A stretch of DNA of 64,000 nt from an uncultured Methanoregula sp. (lineage in GTDB: Archaea; Halobacteriota; Methanomicrobia; Methanomicrobiales; Methanospirillaceae). The notes beneath the pieces were generated by a model. That model was not told where the DNA came from. It ran no database searches and saw only the letters and a list, made by a program, of their open reading frames with translations. Made by a program: the position numbers and the translations under genes. Positions 20,583-31,151 of this stretch are shown here, piece after piece (position 1 is the first letter of the stretch; the number at the start of each line of letters is the position of its first letter). The DNA lies in assembly GCA_963676405.2 (NCBI GenBank), contig CAXXQB010000027.1, forward strand, positions 41,241 through 105,240, in the 5' to 3' direction.

Positions 20583-21589
20583 TGGCAGAAACTCAACGGG
20601 AACATGATCATGATATAATCATCGTAAAAAATCTCGAACATACGTACGGGGATGCAAAAGCGGTAGAAGGGATCAGTTTTTCGGTGAAAAAGGGTGAGAT
20701 CTTCTCCTTTTTAGGTCCGAACGGTGCCGGTAAGAGCACCGCGATCAATGTCCTTATCACGCTGCTTGCATTGCAGAAAGGGGAAGCCAGCGTTGCCGGT
20801 TTTGATGTGACGCGGGATGCACAGAAAGTCCGCGAATCTATAGGGATCGTTTTCCAGGACATCACGCTCGATCGGGACATGACTGTCTGGGAGATTCTCG
20901 AATTCCACGGAAAGCTGTACTCCATGCCCCATGCGGAACGCCGCGCCCGGATTGAGGAACTGCTTACCCTTGTCCAGCTGGAAGCGAAACGGAACGTACG
21001 GACTAAACAGCTATCGGGTGGCATGAAGCGCAGGCTAGAAATTGCCCGGGGGCTGATGACCCGCCCGAAGGTGCTTTTTTTGGATGAGCCGACCATCGGG
21101 CTTGACCCCCAGACACGGATGCGGATGTGGGATTACATAAAAGATGTCAATAAGACCGGCACGACAATTTTCCTCACTACTCACTACATGGACGAAGCCG
21201 ACCAGCTTTCAGACCGGATAAGCATCATAGATCATGGGAAGATCATTATCACCGGTACCAACTGGGAACTCAAGAACACGCTCGGGCAGGATCTGATCTA
21301 TCTCGAGACCAGCAACAATCCCTCTGCGATTACATCTCTTACCGGGCTTTCTTTTGTAAAAAATATGGTACAGAAGTCAAAGGGAATCCTTGTCATGATC
21401 AACGATGACGGCACAAAAGTACTGCCGGTCATCATGGACAGGCTGCGCGATGCGGATATCACCATCTCGACCGTGAATTTAAAGAAACCCTCTATGGATG
21501 ATGTGTTCATCCATTATACGGGCAAGGAGATCCGCGATGAACCGGTGGGGAAAGCGTCAATACTCTCCCTCCGCCCCGGAGGTAATTAG
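20579..21589 (+). CDS. ABC exporter ATP-binding subunit (DrrA-like)
   Basis: GPNGAGKST, LSGGMKRR, LFLDEPT, TTHYMDEAD. Confidence 0.95.
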   Translation: MMAETQREHDHDIIIVKNLEHTYGDAKAVEGISFSVKKGEIFSFLGPNGAGKSTAINVLITLLALQKGEASVAGFDVTRDAQKVRESIGIVFQDITLDRDMTVWEILEFHGKLYSMPHAERRARIEELLTLVQLEAKRNVRTKQLSGGMKRRLEIARGLMTRPKVLFLDEPTIGLDPQTRMRMWDYIKDVNKTGTTIFLTTHYMDEADQLSDRISIIDHGKIIITGTNWELKNTLGQDLIYLETSNNPSAITSLTGLSFVKNMVQKSKGILVMINDDGTKVLPVIMDRLRDADITISTVNLKKPSMDDVFIHYTGKEIRDEPVGKASILSLRPGGN

Positions 21590-21590
21590 A

Positions 21591-22427
21591 ATGAATTACG
21601 GATTTCTCAACATTTACTGGCGAGACATGATCCGGTTTGTCCGGTTCAGGACCATGCTCATCTCGTCGCTCCTCCAGCCTGCGCTCTGGCTCGCCTTTTT
21701 TGGTATTGCCATGTCGTCAAGTTTCGACCAGCTGATGGCAGGTGTGCCGGTACCCCCCGGGATGCATGCTGTCGGTTACCTCACGTTTATGGCTGCCGGG
21801 ATTATCGCGATGACGACCTTGTTCACAAGCCTCTTTGGCGGGATGATCATCCTGTTTGACAAGAACTGGGGGCTGATGCGGGAGATCATGGCAAGCCCCA
21901 TGCCGCGCGATCATGTGATAATCGGAATTGGGCTGTCGGGTATGACCAAATCGTTCATACAGGCACTCATCATCATGATCTTCGGCATTGTAATTGGTGC
22001 CGGTTTCTTTGTCGGGTATAACCCGGTACAGATCGCGCTGTCCATCCTTGGAATCCTCCTGTTCGTCGGAGTATTCGCGCTCGGTTTCCTTTTTTTATCT
22101 GCAGGAATTGCCGTGTCCATGGAGACGCCGGAGGGAATGCAGGGGATCATGACACTCATGACCATGCCGATCTTTTTTGCCTCAAACGCACTCTACCCGA
22201 TCAATGCGTTTCCCGAAGTCCTGCGCATGATCTCGACATACAACCCTATGACACTGTTGATTAATGGGATTCGTTACTTCGCGATTGGTCCGGATTTCCT
22301 TGCGCTGGGGGAACATTACGCGTACACGTCAATGGATATTCTCCTCTCGTTTTCCGGGCTATTGGCATTTACAGTAATAATGTATGCATTCGCACGGTGG
22401 CGGTTCAACAAGGCAGTCGTGACGTAA
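21591..22427 (+). CDS. ABC-2 type exporter permease
   Basis: About six TM segments, SLLQPALW and NPMTLLINGIR; directly follows the ATPase. Confidence 0.92.
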   Translation: MNYGFLNIYWRDMIRFVRFRTMLISSLLQPALWLAFFGIAMSSSFDQLMAGVPVPPGMHAVGYLTFMAAGIIAMTTLFTSLFGGMIILFDKNWGLMREIMASPMPRDHVIIGIGLSGMTKSFIQALIIMIFGIVIGAGFFVGYNPVQIALSILGILLFVGVFALGFLFLSAGIAVSMETPEGMQGIMTLMTMPIFFASNALYPINAFPEVLRMISTYNPMTLLINGIRYFAIGPDFLALGEHYAYTSMDILLSFSGLLAFTVIMYAFARWRFNKAVVT

Positions 22428-22589
22428 GGTTCCCACCCTGACGTCACTGGTTTTTATTTTTAAGTTCGTCATACGAAATGGATCGTACTTCAACTGGGAC
22501 AAAGCATGTGTTCCGGTGGATTGAATGCGAGTTAAGTACGAATCATTCAATACGCTTCCGGGATAATAACTGGTTTAAAGGAGTCAGTT

Positions 22590-23678
22590 ATGTCGCACGT
22601 TCTCATCTCTCCACTGAACTGGGGACTTGGGCATGCAACACGCGACATCCCGATCATACGCACACTTCTCAATCACAACCACGATGTGACCATTGCAGCG
22701 TGCGGGAATGCGCTTCTTGCATTACAAAAAGAGTTCCCCGCATGTTCCTTTATCGATTTTCCTGATTATCCCGCACCGTATAGTTCGAGCCGTTTCTTTC
22801 TCCCGAAACTGGCTGCATCGTTTCCTGCACTGTTACAGGCAATTGCAAACGAACGAAAGACTCTCGGGCAGATCCTCGCAAAGAACCGGTACGACCTCAT
22901 CATCAGCGATAACCGGCTTGGGGTCTATTCTGCAAAAATTCCCTCGGTTTTCATTACCCACCAGCTCCATTTTCACTTTCCTCTGTATTTCTGGCCGGTG
23001 GAACTTCTCGCGCTCCGGGTGAACGGGTACCTCCACGAGAAATTTGACAAGATTATTGTTCCTGACAACCCGCCGGGACCTGCGGCTCTTGCAGGAAAAC
23101 TGTCCCGGACATCAGTTGAGGCGACCCGGAAACGGGTCTTTTTTGCCGGCATTCTTGCCGGTATCGAACGATCAGATGTGCCTTCTGATCTCGATCACTT
23201 AATAATGATCTCGGGACCTGAACCGCAGCGCTCCCGGTTGGAAGAGATACTGCTCCCGCAGGTCTCTTCACTTGCGGGAAACAATACTGTGCTGCTGGGG
23301 AGTCCCGCAAAAGAGGGGTTTTTTACAATTACCCCGGGCTGCACTGTCATAGGATATGCCTCAACTGCACAAAAGATTGAGCTCATGAACCGGGCGAAGT
23401 GCATCGTATGCCGCTCGGGATATACCTCGATGATGGAACTTGCCGAACTGGAAAAGCGGCGTGCTCTTTTCATTCCCACCCCCGGGCAGACCGAGCAGGA
23501 ATATCTCTCGTGGTACTATAGGGAGAACGGCTGGTTTTATTCAAAGAGCCAGTACCGGCTGGATCTCCCCCGAGATCTTGCCATTGCACAGACGTATACA
23601 GGGTTTCCTCCCATGCGAAAGACACACGAGAATATTCAGAGGCTGTATGATGAAGTGCTCGCCGGATATCTTACATGA
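22590..23678 (+). CDS. Glycosyltransferase (GT28/MurG-like fold)
   Basis: WGLGHATR, IISDNR, CRSGYTSMMEL, PTPGQTEQEYL. Confidence 0.88.
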   Translation: MSHVLISPLNWGLGHATRDIPIIRTLLNHNHDVTIAACGNALLALQKEFPACSFIDFPDYPAPYSSSRFFLPKLAASFPALLQAIANERKTLGQILAKNRYDLIISDNRLGVYSAKIPSVFITHQLHFHFPLYFWPVELLALRVNGYLHEKFDKIIVPDNPPGPAALAGKLSRTSVEATRKRVFFAGILAGIERSDVPSDLDHLIMISGPEPQRSRLEEILLPQVSSLAGNNTVLLGSPAKEGFFTITPGCTVIGYASTAQKIELMNRAKCIVCRSGYTSMMELAELEKRRALFIPTPGQTEQEYLSWYYRENGWFYSKSQYRLDLPRDLAIAQTYTGFPPMRKTHENIQRLYDEVLAGYLT

Positions 23679-23681
23679 GGG

Positions 23682-23909
23682 ATGCAAATTATGGATGACC
23701 TGATTGCCACAGGTATGATTGCACTCGTTATATTTTATGCGGGGCTTCTTTTCATTTTCTGTGCAGTGCTTTTTCTTTGTTACATTCTGGTAGCATCGAT
23801 ACTCTCCGGCAATCATGGATTATTCCTTATGATCATCGGATGCATCCTTTGCGCTGGTGCTCTCTATGGTGCAACGGGTTTTCTTTTGCGGCGAAAGGGG
23901 ATTATCTGA
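23682..23909 (+). CDS. Small membrane protein
   Basis: 75-aa hydrophobic ORF 3 nt after the glycosyltransferase, ending in basic RRKGII. Confidence 0.6.
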   Translation: MQIMDDLIATGMIALVIFYAGLLFIFCAVLFLCYILVASILSGNHGLFLMIIGCILCAGALYGATGFLLRRKGII

Positions 23910-24005
23910 CCTGGTATCCCGTCACGCAATGAGGTCTCAATCACAACACTGAGACTGATAAAAAAGAGGTTATATCGGTAGTGGAAGCGGGGTCGTTGAC
24001 ACAAT

Positions 24006-24512
24006 CTATACCTGCGTCTGGTAAATCAGCACATTTCCGGTTTTGTCCGTTATCGTCAACTTGTTGCCATAGACAACATATGCGACTGCGTTCTGAAGTA
24101 TTTGCAGATATGAATTTTCCTGTTCGGAATACATCGCGCAAATCCTCTTTGTGGAGACAAGTGGTCCGACCGTGATTCCAGAACCTTTCGGGAGTGTCTG
24201 CCCGGTCAATGTGAAGGGCGCGTTATAATTGTTGCAACCGCCATAACCGGATAAGGATCCATCCTGGGAGAACGTCAGCGAGATCTGCGCTGTTGGATAT
24301 GTCACTGCAGTGCCATCCTGTACTCCAAAGGTAGTAACGATCCAGTTCCGTGTTAACGCGACAGGCACCACCGGGGTTGTTGGAACCGGTGTCGCTACCG
24401 GTGTTTGGGTGGGGGGGACGGTCGGTTGCGGTACAGGTTGCGGACTTGTGCACCCGGTAACGAGGATTGTAGCGATAACACATACCAGAAGGAAAGCCGT
24501 AAGTTTTTTCAT
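24006..24512 (-). CDS. META/HslJ-domain lipoprotein
   Basis: MKK-hydrophobic-LVTGC lipobox, Pro/Thr linker, SGYGGCNNY..STKRIC. Confidence 0.88.
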   Translation of the reverse strand: MKKLTAFLLVCVIATILVTGCTSPQPVPQPTVPPTQTPVATPVPTTPVVPVALTRNWIVTTFGVQDGTAVTYPTAQISLTFSQDGSLSGYGGCNNYNAPFTLTGQTLPKGSGITVGPLVSTKRICAMYSEQENSYLQILQNAVAYVVYGNKLTITDKTGNVLIYQTQV

Positions 24513-24704
24513 ATTCGGTCTTTTGATCTGTTTGCATTAAAGGATTATGACGCAGGGATTGAAATGCGGATGAGATCCGGGGGATCTGCTCACACGGTTA
24601 CATCATGACATTTTCCATTGTCAAACAGGACTATGCAAAAAAAATTCTGGATATGAATCCACATATGGGAAAAGACAACTAAGGACAAATTATTAAAAAC
24701 CGTA

Positions 24705-24789
24705 TGCGAGGGATGGGATTCGAACCCAAGAACTCCTACGAGACTAGGCCCTCAACCTAGCGCCTTTGACCTGGCTTGGCTACCCTCGC
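24705..24789 (-). tRNA. tRNA-Leu(GAG)
   Basis: GCGAGGG/CCCTCGC-A acceptor stem, CTAGG-TT-GAG-GG-CCTAG anticodon arm, long variable arm, GGTTCGAATCC T-loop; CCA not encoded. Confidence 0.96.
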
Positions 24790-24930
24790 CCGTGCCATTA
24801 CAAAAAGGTTGTCTATCTAAAAGAATGTTATGGCAAAATACCGGCGTTTGCCTTATGTAATGATGGCGTGTGCAGTCCTCCATTTTCTGTTTGACAACGT
24901 ATCGATTTTCGCTCCTGATTAAAAACTGTA

Positions 24931-26067
24931 GAGAATTCCGATAAACCCCGGATAATTTCAAAAATGAAAGGAATTGATCCAAATTAGATAACAAGAGGAC
25001 GTATATTCCCCGATTTTCTTGTCACTTTTCCTGATTTTTCACAGATTTTTGGAAAGCGTACGCTAAACGATAGCCTGTTTTTTCAGGGTTGCCAGTTGGT
25101 ACAGGTTAAAGCTAAACGTAGCAAACGTCATTTTCACGTGAGCTCGAAGAACCGTAGTCACATGGGTATGAGCGTCATGGAAGACGTTCTTGATGACTGC
25201 GTAAGGTCTTTCACCGGGAGATCGAATTCTTGAGATCCGTTTATTCCTGAGGATATCCCAGATACCAATCGGATGTCCTCGAACTCCGCGCTGCATGGTT
25301 GCGTCAAAACCCTTTGGTTCAGCACCGAAATACCCCCGGTCCCGGTAGACAACTTCACCTTCTTCTGAAAGATCGATCTGGCTATCATGCACAGATGCAG
25401 TTGTGGTCTGAAGTGCCCGGATTAATCCGAAGTCGCAGTCTTCTTTCGTATGAAGCTTGAATCCAAAATACGAATGTTTCCCCTTTTTTGTCCAGGTACC
25501 TTCTTTATTTCTCCGGGTTTTTGCATCGTCTCCCCGGGGAGTGTCAGCAGAGGCATGTCCCGGATCTGCCGTGATGAATGTTGCATCCTGGATCACACCT
25601 TTCCGGATCTTCAATCCTTTTTCGTCCAGCTGTCTTTGAAGTTCGTTCCAGATCGCCTTGTCTTTCCCGGTTTGAGATAACCGTTCCCGGAAATACCAGA
25701 CCGTCGTGTGATCGGGAATCTTCTCAGGAAACCCGAGAAAACTCAGAAATGAAATCTTGTCATTTGCCTGCCGTTCAAGTTCCGGATCGGATAACCCGTA
25801 CATCGATTGAAGGACCAGCATTTTGATCATGAGAACGATGTCAATATTTGGCCGCCCACCCTGTTCTGTTGTATTGGTATAAATTTCTCCAACAATTTCC
25901 CGGAATGATTCCCATTCAATGAGGGGTGCAAGTTCTCCTAATCGATCGCCGAGATCTTTTACCTGCTTGTACCGCTCCTGTAACGCAAAGTCAACAAGAG
26001 ATTCCATACCTTTTATTCGGAGTTCTAAGATAAAGTACTTCCGGCGTTGAGGTTATTCGAAATTCTC
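24931..26067 (-). mobile_element. IS5-family insertion sequence, copy 1 (1137 bp)
   Basis: Imperfect TIRs GAGAATTCCGATAAACC / GGTTATTCGAAATTCTC; 4-bp TSD TGTA (24927-24930, 26068-26071). Confidence 0.95.
25063..26007 (-). CDS. IS5-family DDE transposase
   Basis: GGRP, YGLSDPELE, PDHTTVWYFRE, IQDATFI, FGFKLH, DRGY. Confidence 0.95.
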   Translation of the reverse strand: MESLVDFALQERYKQVKDLGDRLGELAPLIEWESFREIVGEIYTNTTEQGGRPNIDIVLMIKMLVLQSMYGLSDPELERQANDKISFLSFLGFPEKIPDHTTVWYFRERLSQTGKDKAIWNELQRQLDEKGLKIRKGVIQDATFITADPGHASADTPRGDDAKTRRNKEGTWTKKGKHSYFGFKLHTKEDCDFGLIRALQTTTASVHDSQIDLSEEGEVVYRDRGYFGAEPKGFDATMQRGVRGHPIGIWDILRNKRISRIRSPGERPYAVIKNVFHDAHTHVTTVLRAHVKMTFATFSFNLYQLATLKKQAIV

Positions 26068-26150
26068 TGTACTTTCATTTATTTTCAGTACCACAATGAT
26101 GCGCGATAAACATCGGTGTATATTTATATACGTTATACGAAGTGCTTTGT

Positions 26151-26651
26151 ATGTGGTCAGATATCATTCACGAATTCGCCGATTCTCCTTCGCAGAGCCG
26201 TGTAGTGAGGTTCCTTTTGGAGAACGGATTCGGGGTTACGAGTGAGGGCAGGATTAACTGCAATGGTATCGAGATCCCGGCAACTGCTATAGCAAAGGTG
26301 ATTGGTGCTGATCGCCGGGTTGTAGACTCCACGGCCCATCGTATCCTCGAACTGGAGTCAATCCGTAACATCTTCTTAAACATGCGTGCGACCCCGGATC
26401 TGAGCCGGGTGGCAGAATCACTGGGTTTTTCCGTTATTACGGTTCTCCCGAAAAATGCAAGCGAACGAGGGATTATCGGCGCTGCAGTCCGCGTCTTATC
26501 GGCTCATGCTCTCACAATACGCCAGATTTTTGTTACAGATCCACAGTTTTCTGAAGAGCCAAAACTCGTTATTATCGTAGAAGATCCCCTGCCTGCAGGA
26601 GTGGTGAATGAAATCCGTGCCCTGCCACAGGTAAAACAGGTCATTATCTGA
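26151..26651 (+). CDS. ACT-domain regulator of amino acid metabolism
   Basis: HTH-like IAKVIGADRRVV plus C-terminal ACT (GIIGAAVRVLS..TIRQIFV..). Confidence 0.82.
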   Translation: MWSDIIHEFADSPSQSRVVRFLLENGFGVTSEGRINCNGIEIPATAIAKVIGADRRVVDSTAHRILELESIRNIFLNMRATPDLSRVAESLGFSVITVLPKNASERGIIGAAVRVLSAHALTIRQIFVTDPQFSEEPKLVIIVEDPLPAGVVNEIRALPQVKQVII

Positions 26652-26661
26652 TAACAGAAGT

Positions 26662-27159
26662 TTATTCGCAGAGCAACTCCACTTCGCTTGCGAGCCGATA
26701 CATCCGTTTCCGTATCTTTCTCTGGAGGTGGATTGCCGAGGCAATACTCTCATCAATGTTTATCCGCGTCACGCCGGCAATACAATTGTCTGCATGAGTC
26801 ACAATTTTTTCTTCGACAGTCGTGGGCATACAATCCCGGGGGTAAAGCCCCAGAAGAGTACACTCATCTGCAGTCATTCCGGCACCGACATGACATTCCA
26901 CAATTCGTGCGACGGTTTCGGGAAAATTCAGGGAACGAATGATATCGGCCCCATCCTGCCCGTGCGCTATCGAGTGCGTGCTGCCACGCCCGATATCGTG
27001 GAGCATGGCACCTGTCCTGACGAGTGAGAGATCGGCGAGATCAGAACCGCTTGCGTATTCAAGCGCACAATCACAGACTGCCTGGCAGTGGGCGATCACT
27101 TTTGCACTGCACCCGGCCTGGCGCAGCATCGCGATGCAGTGCTCGCGGTTTTCACGCAT
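26662..27159 (-). CDS. HD/HDIG-domain phosphohydrolase
   Basis: AHC..LHDIGR..HG..ECHVGAG..EEKIVTHADN. Confidence 0.9.
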   Translation of the reverse strand: MRENREHCIAMLRQAGCSAKVIAHCQAVCDCALEYASGSDLADLSLVRTGAMLHDIGRGSTHSIAHGQDGADIIRSLNFPETVARIVECHVGAGMTADECTLLGLYPRDCMPTTVEEKIVTHADNCIAGVTRINIDESIASAIHLQRKIRKRMYRLASEVELLCE

Positions 27160-27676
27160 GACCAAGAGACTTTTTCAGGCCGTCAATCCGCTGCTGGAGT
27201 GATCGTAAGAGCATATCGTTGTCGAAGTGCGTCAATGCCTTTTCGCAGTTCGGGCATTTAAAATCGCCATCCATGGCTTGGGGGAAGGTGAAAAGGACCT
27301 GGCAGTCCTTGCAGATAAAAAAATCATTCTCTTCCTCATACCGCTCCCTGCGCTGGAGCTTGTCGAGAACGAGGGCCATATCTTCCCGTATTGCATCATA
27401 GATATGATCGATCCGCAGCTGCCAGAGATACGTAAGCCAGCCGGTCTCGTTATTCTTGATCCTGTGGTATTCGGCAAGTCTCTTCTCGTAGAGTGTGTAG
27501 AGGGTATGTCTCACTGAGTTCAGGTTGATTCCTGTGCTTGCGGCAAGATCTTCATCACTATGTTCCCCCTCTTTTGGGAACTTTTCAAGAAGGTTAAGAC
27601 CTTCGTCACCAACCAGCCGGTGAACATAGGTACGCAATGCCGGTTCATTCAGCACTTCTTCCACTGGATCCATCAT
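27152..27676 (-). CDS. tfe: Transcription factor E alpha
   Basis: wHTH (SDEDLA..VRHTLYTLYE..TGWLTYLW) plus CKDC..FKCPNC zinc ribbon. Confidence 0.93.
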   Translation of the reverse strand: MMDPVEEVLNEPALRTYVHRLVGDEGLNLLEKFPKEGEHSDEDLAASTGINLNSVRHTLYTLYEKRLAEYHRIKNNETGWLTYLWQLRIDHIYDAIREDMALVLDKLQRRERYEEENDFFICKDCQVLFTFPQAMDGDFKCPNCEKALTHFDNDMLLRSLQQRIDGLKKSLGHA

Positions 27677-28746
27677 CGCATATATTGTCGGACAGTGCTA
27701 ATATTCTTATCCAGCATGCGTAATGCTTCATTTCTTGAAGTGCCGGATCCATACACGCTCACGAGTGCATCGCCCTCCTCAAATCCGGTTCCTGCCCACG
27801 GGATATCGGCAATGATGGGAGATAAGTGTTTTAAATCAGTGGAGAGTGTCATGTCCTGGTCTGCAAAAATAATTGTGCGGGCAGCATACTGCTTGGGTAG
27901 TTGAGATCCCGGTAAAATCCCTGAACAGGCATTGACATGGTACTGGAACAGGTTGTATCCATATGCCGTCTCGACAGTATCGAGCGTTCCCTGGAACCGC
28001 GGATTTATCTCGATAGCGTAGGGGGTATCTTTGCCGATGACGAAATCGATCCCTACCGTACCAATACACCCGCTCGCAGCGGCAATCTGTTCTGCAACAG
28101 CAACCATACGATCTCGCATCGGATGAGTGAAAGGCGTGATGGAACCCGAGAATCCAAACGATGACTCTCCACTTCCCCGGAGTAGCTGTTCATTTGTTGC
28201 AATTGCCTGTGCACGGGTGCCATCGCTAACACAACAGACGCTTGCCGGAACTCCTTCAATGATCTCCTGCCGGATGAACGGAAGACCCGGGTAAAGGGTT
28301 TCCCACCCGGCAAGTTGTGCGGCATTTTGTACAATGGTGTTTCGCCACCCGCCGGCACCGCAACGGGGTTTGACCATTGCAGGATATTCGTCCGGCTGAA
28401 GGAGACGAGGTACCGGTACATGTAACTCCTCAAAAAAATGCTGCATATCGAGTTTGTCAAGATAACGACTGACTCTCTCTTTTGGTGTGCCACAGAGCGG
28501 CAGGCGTGTAGTAAGATCTTCGGCACCGGAGGTCAACACAATAAAATCAAATGTATGACTCCTGCACATCCGGTCTATTGCATCAGGGAGCGCTTCAAGA
28601 TCTTCAAACCGGGCGCAGTCTTTTGTATACCAGAATAAATCCTGGTCGCAAAAATGATCAACGGCACAGACCTCGTAACCGGCACGCGCAGCAGACTGTG
28701 CGACATGGCGTGTAGTAAACCCGGCAACGAGGACCCGGCCACTCAC
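27673..28746 (-). CDS. ATP-grasp domain protein
   Basis: [34 protein letters not shown]. Confidence 0.87.
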   Translation of the reverse strand: MSGRVLVAGFTTRHVAQSAARAGYEVCAVDHFCDQDLFWYTKDCARFEDLEALPDAIDRMCRSHTFDFIVLTSGAEDLTTRLPLCGTPKERVSRYLDKLDMQHFFEELHVPVPRLLQPDEYPAMVKPRCGAGGWRNTIVQNAAQLAGWETLYPGLPFIRQEIIEGVPASVCCVSDGTRAQAIATNEQLLRGSGESSFGFSGSITPFTHPMRDRMVAVAEQIAAASGCIGTVGIDFVIGKDTPYAIEINPRFQGTLDTVETAYGYNLFQYHVNACSGILPGSQLPKQYAARTIIFADQDMTLSTDLKHLSPIIADIPWAGTGFEEGDALVSVYGSGTSRNEALRMLDKNISTVRQYMR

Positions 28747-29273
28747 AGTTCCTCCGTCTGTTTTCCTGCCCGCGAGGGATGGATACGAATTTTTGCATCC
28801 GGAAATTCTGCCTGAAGTTCGGTTCCGGAAAAGACGCGATCCAAAAAGAGTGCAAGGCTGGATATTTCTGAATGGGGTTGACCGGTGACGGCGACATTGT
28901 AATCTGCAAGCCCGAACATTTCGCCGGGAACCTTCTCCGCCCCAACCACCACAAGGATCTTCTCATGCGGGGTAATCTCCGCGATCACATTCGGAAGGTT
29001 GAGCCCGTACATTGTCAGGTGAACAACGACACCCCCATTCGCTTTCCAGTCGCGGATACAGGTTCGCCATGATACATTGTCCTCGCAAAAAAATTTTCCG
29101 CCCCAGCGTTCCGCCACATCGGCGACACTCTGCACAACGCCTTTATCCGAAGCAGCGAGATACATACCAGCTGCACCGAGCGCGCGTCCTGTCAGGGCAA
29201 CATGGGTAGTCACCCTTTGATCGCGTTCCGGGCGATGACCGATCCGGAGGATGACGACCTCGTTTTTTGACAT
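28743..29273 (-). CDS. trm56: tRNA (cytidine56-2'-O)-methyltransferase
   Basis: [38 protein letters not shown]. Confidence 0.95.
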   Translation of the reverse strand: MSKNEVVILRIGHRPERDQRVTTHVALTGRALGAAGMYLAASDKGVVQSVADVAERWGGKFFCEDNVSWRTCIRDWKANGGVVVHLTMYGLNLPNVIAEITPHEKILVVVGAEKVPGEMFGLADYNVAVTGQPHSEISSLALFLDRVFSGTELQAEFPDAKIRIHPSRAGKQTEEL

Positions 29274-29274
29274 A

Positions 29275-29547
29275 TCACTCTTTCCTTGCTTTGATGATGC
29301 CGTCGACAATTTCAAACCTGGGATCCAGGGTATTTTTAATCTGGCATTTCAGGATTGCTTCACCAATGGTCACTGCCCGGACTGAGGCACCCGAACGTTC
29401 AACCAACAAGGAACGTTCAAGCCTCGCGAGTGACGCATGGACGGCATCGGTATCCATTTCTGATGCGACTATCAGTTCTTCCGCCGTAATAGTCTCTTTC
29501 TCCGCGATAAGATGATAGATAATCCAGTCTGCGTCCTCTTCTTTCAC
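29275..29547 (-). CDS. Small winged-helix protein
   Basis: IYHLI..TAEEL....[15 protein letters not shown] pattern; heads the trm56 gene string. Confidence 0.7.
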   Translation of the reverse strand: MKEEDADWIIYHLIAEKETITAEELIVASEMDTDAVHASLARLERSLLVERSGASVRAVTIGEAILKCQIKNTLDPRFEIVDGIIKARKE

Positions 29548-29649
29548 CTGTATTCATTCCACATGGAGGAGAATATAGCTTATTATTGCTGGCGAGAGGG
29601 TCGTGCTTGCAGTCATCATTTTTTCCCTCCGCGTACCCTATTTATTACA

Positions 29650-30060
29650 ATGGATCCTGCTGGAGTACACATTCCTTATCCTGAACTGGTAACAATCGGC
29701 GACTGCCTTCTTGATGAGGTTGGCGAGGATGAGGACGCGCTTGTGCGGAAGCTGGAGGTGCTTCCTGTTGAAATCCGAAATGATCTGTTAATTTCGGATA
29801 TACTGAACGCATGGCAGGTTTTTTATTACTATTTCCGGTTAGTACCGGATGATTTGGAGCGCGAAAGGCTTGAACTCGAACCGGCATCCTCTCTTGTCTC
29901 TGGTGTGATCATTAACGAGATCGAACTATTGGAGATGCATTTTGTAGTAAAAAACGGCGCCCCCTGTATCATCATCAGTAATGGCGATACAAATCTCAAA
30001 ATTTTCTCCGGTTGCACTGCATATGAAGACGGGCTCGCGTTTATTGAGTCTACATTATAG
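29650..30060 (+). CDS. Hypothetical protein (acidic)
   Basis: Protein-like ORF filling the gap between flanking genes; start chosen at MDPAGV. Confidence 0.65.
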   Translation: MDPAGVHIPYPELVTIGDCLLDEVGEDEDALVRKLEVLPVEIRNDLLISDILNAWQVFYYYFRLVPDDLERERLELEPASSLVSGVIINEIELLEMHFVVKNGAPCIIISNGDTNLKIFSGCTAYEDGLAFIESTL

Positions 30061-30768
30061 ACGGTCACCGGCACTGATCAGCTGTTCATTGACCACCGCC
30101 GGCACAAGCGGCGGTATCTGCCCCCACCGGATTGTTTTGTCTCCCATGATCGCAAAAACACCTGACACTTCTTCAGGATTGATCCGGTCAAGTATAGAAT
30201 GATCATGTGGTCTAATCTGGTTGCAAACCGCAGTTGCCCATGCATCGGCAAGAAACGGGTCGGGTGCAAAGATGGTAACGGCATCCGCAACGCCAAACGA
30301 GATGGATGGTCCGACACTTGCGGATGATGTACAGATACCAAAAATAGTCTCCTGCGGAGGTACGACGAACGCGATCCGGTTTGAAACCGCTGCTTCGCCA
30401 GCATGCACCCCGACGCGTAATTCACGGTCACTGACAAGGGCGATGTCGCCCCCGTTATCGATCACGCCAAAACCGGCACCGTCATCCACCATCGCTTCAA
30501 CCCCGGCACATGCAACCGCACCGGCCACTGCTGCCATCGGTCCGACACCGGCTTTTCGTGTTGCCGCTGCCATATGAACAATGATCCGGTCATCGGAGTC
30601 CGGGACATAAGGATCGAACGTGGCACAAAAAAATGGGTCCCGGGCGATATACGCCTCGATTTCCTGGCGGGCGGCAATCATCCCGTTCTTTGCCGCGATT
30701 ATATGCGATGGTTCATCTGCGAGAATCGTGGCAATGGTCTGGCGAAACCGGAAGGGTTCACGGATCAT
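30055..30768 (-). CDS. UPF0280 / ApbE-like sulfur assimilation protein
   Basis: GVGPMAAVAGAVA, DNGGDIA, CTSSASVGPSISFG.ADA; clustered with DUF39 and NIL-ferredoxin genes. Confidence 0.9.
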   Translation of the reverse strand: MIREPFRFRQTIATILADEPSHIIAAKNGMIAARQEIEAYIARDPFFCATFDPYVPDSDDRIIVHMAAATRKAGVGPMAAVAGAVACAGVEAMVDDGAGFGVIDNGGDIALVSDRELRVGVHAGEAAVSNRIAFVVPPQETIFGICTSSASVGPSISFGVADAVTIFAPDPFLADAWATAVCNQIRPHDHSILDRINPEEVSGVFAIMGDKTIRWGQIPPLVPAVVNEQLISAGDRL

Positions 30769-31151
30769 AGGGGGAGGGTGAGTGCCTGCCGGGGGCACAC
30801 ATCAACACACTTGCCGCACAGGACACACCGTTCTTCAGTGAGCACCAGTTTCCAGTCGGTATTAAACGAGAAGACCTCATTCGGGCAGATACTGATGCAG
30901 GCCCCGCAGTCTATACACACCCGTTCATTCAGACTGATGCCGTGTTCGAGCATCCGCACCCGGGCGCCGAGACTGGTCATCGAATTTCGCACGAGCTGGC
31001 ACTGGTCATCCGGCACATCGATGAGCGCCTCACCTTCGGATGAGTCGATTACCGCGCGCTCCACATTGATCAGGACACCGGTGTCGCGCACGACCTGCGC
31101 AATAATGGGCTTTCTCCCTTTCCCCCGTGAAAAGTTCACTAAGAGTTTCAT
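30765..31151 (-). CDS. NIL-domain ferredoxin (homocysteine biosynthesis partner)
   Basis: NIL domain (PIIAQVV..TGVLINVERA) plus two CxxCxxCxxxCP motifs. Confidence 0.9.
   Translation of the reverse strand: MKLLVNFSRGKGRKPIIAQVVRDTGVLINVERAVIDSSEGEALIDVPDDQCQLVRNSMTSLGARVRMLEHGISLNERVCIDCGACISICPNEVFSFNTDWKLVLTEERCVLCGKCVDVCPRQALTLPL

Noticed and set aside
24705-24789. tRNA-Leu as integration site for the accessory island
   Set aside because: I saw no duplicated tRNA 3' end and no integrase, and housekeeping genes lie between the tRNA and the island.
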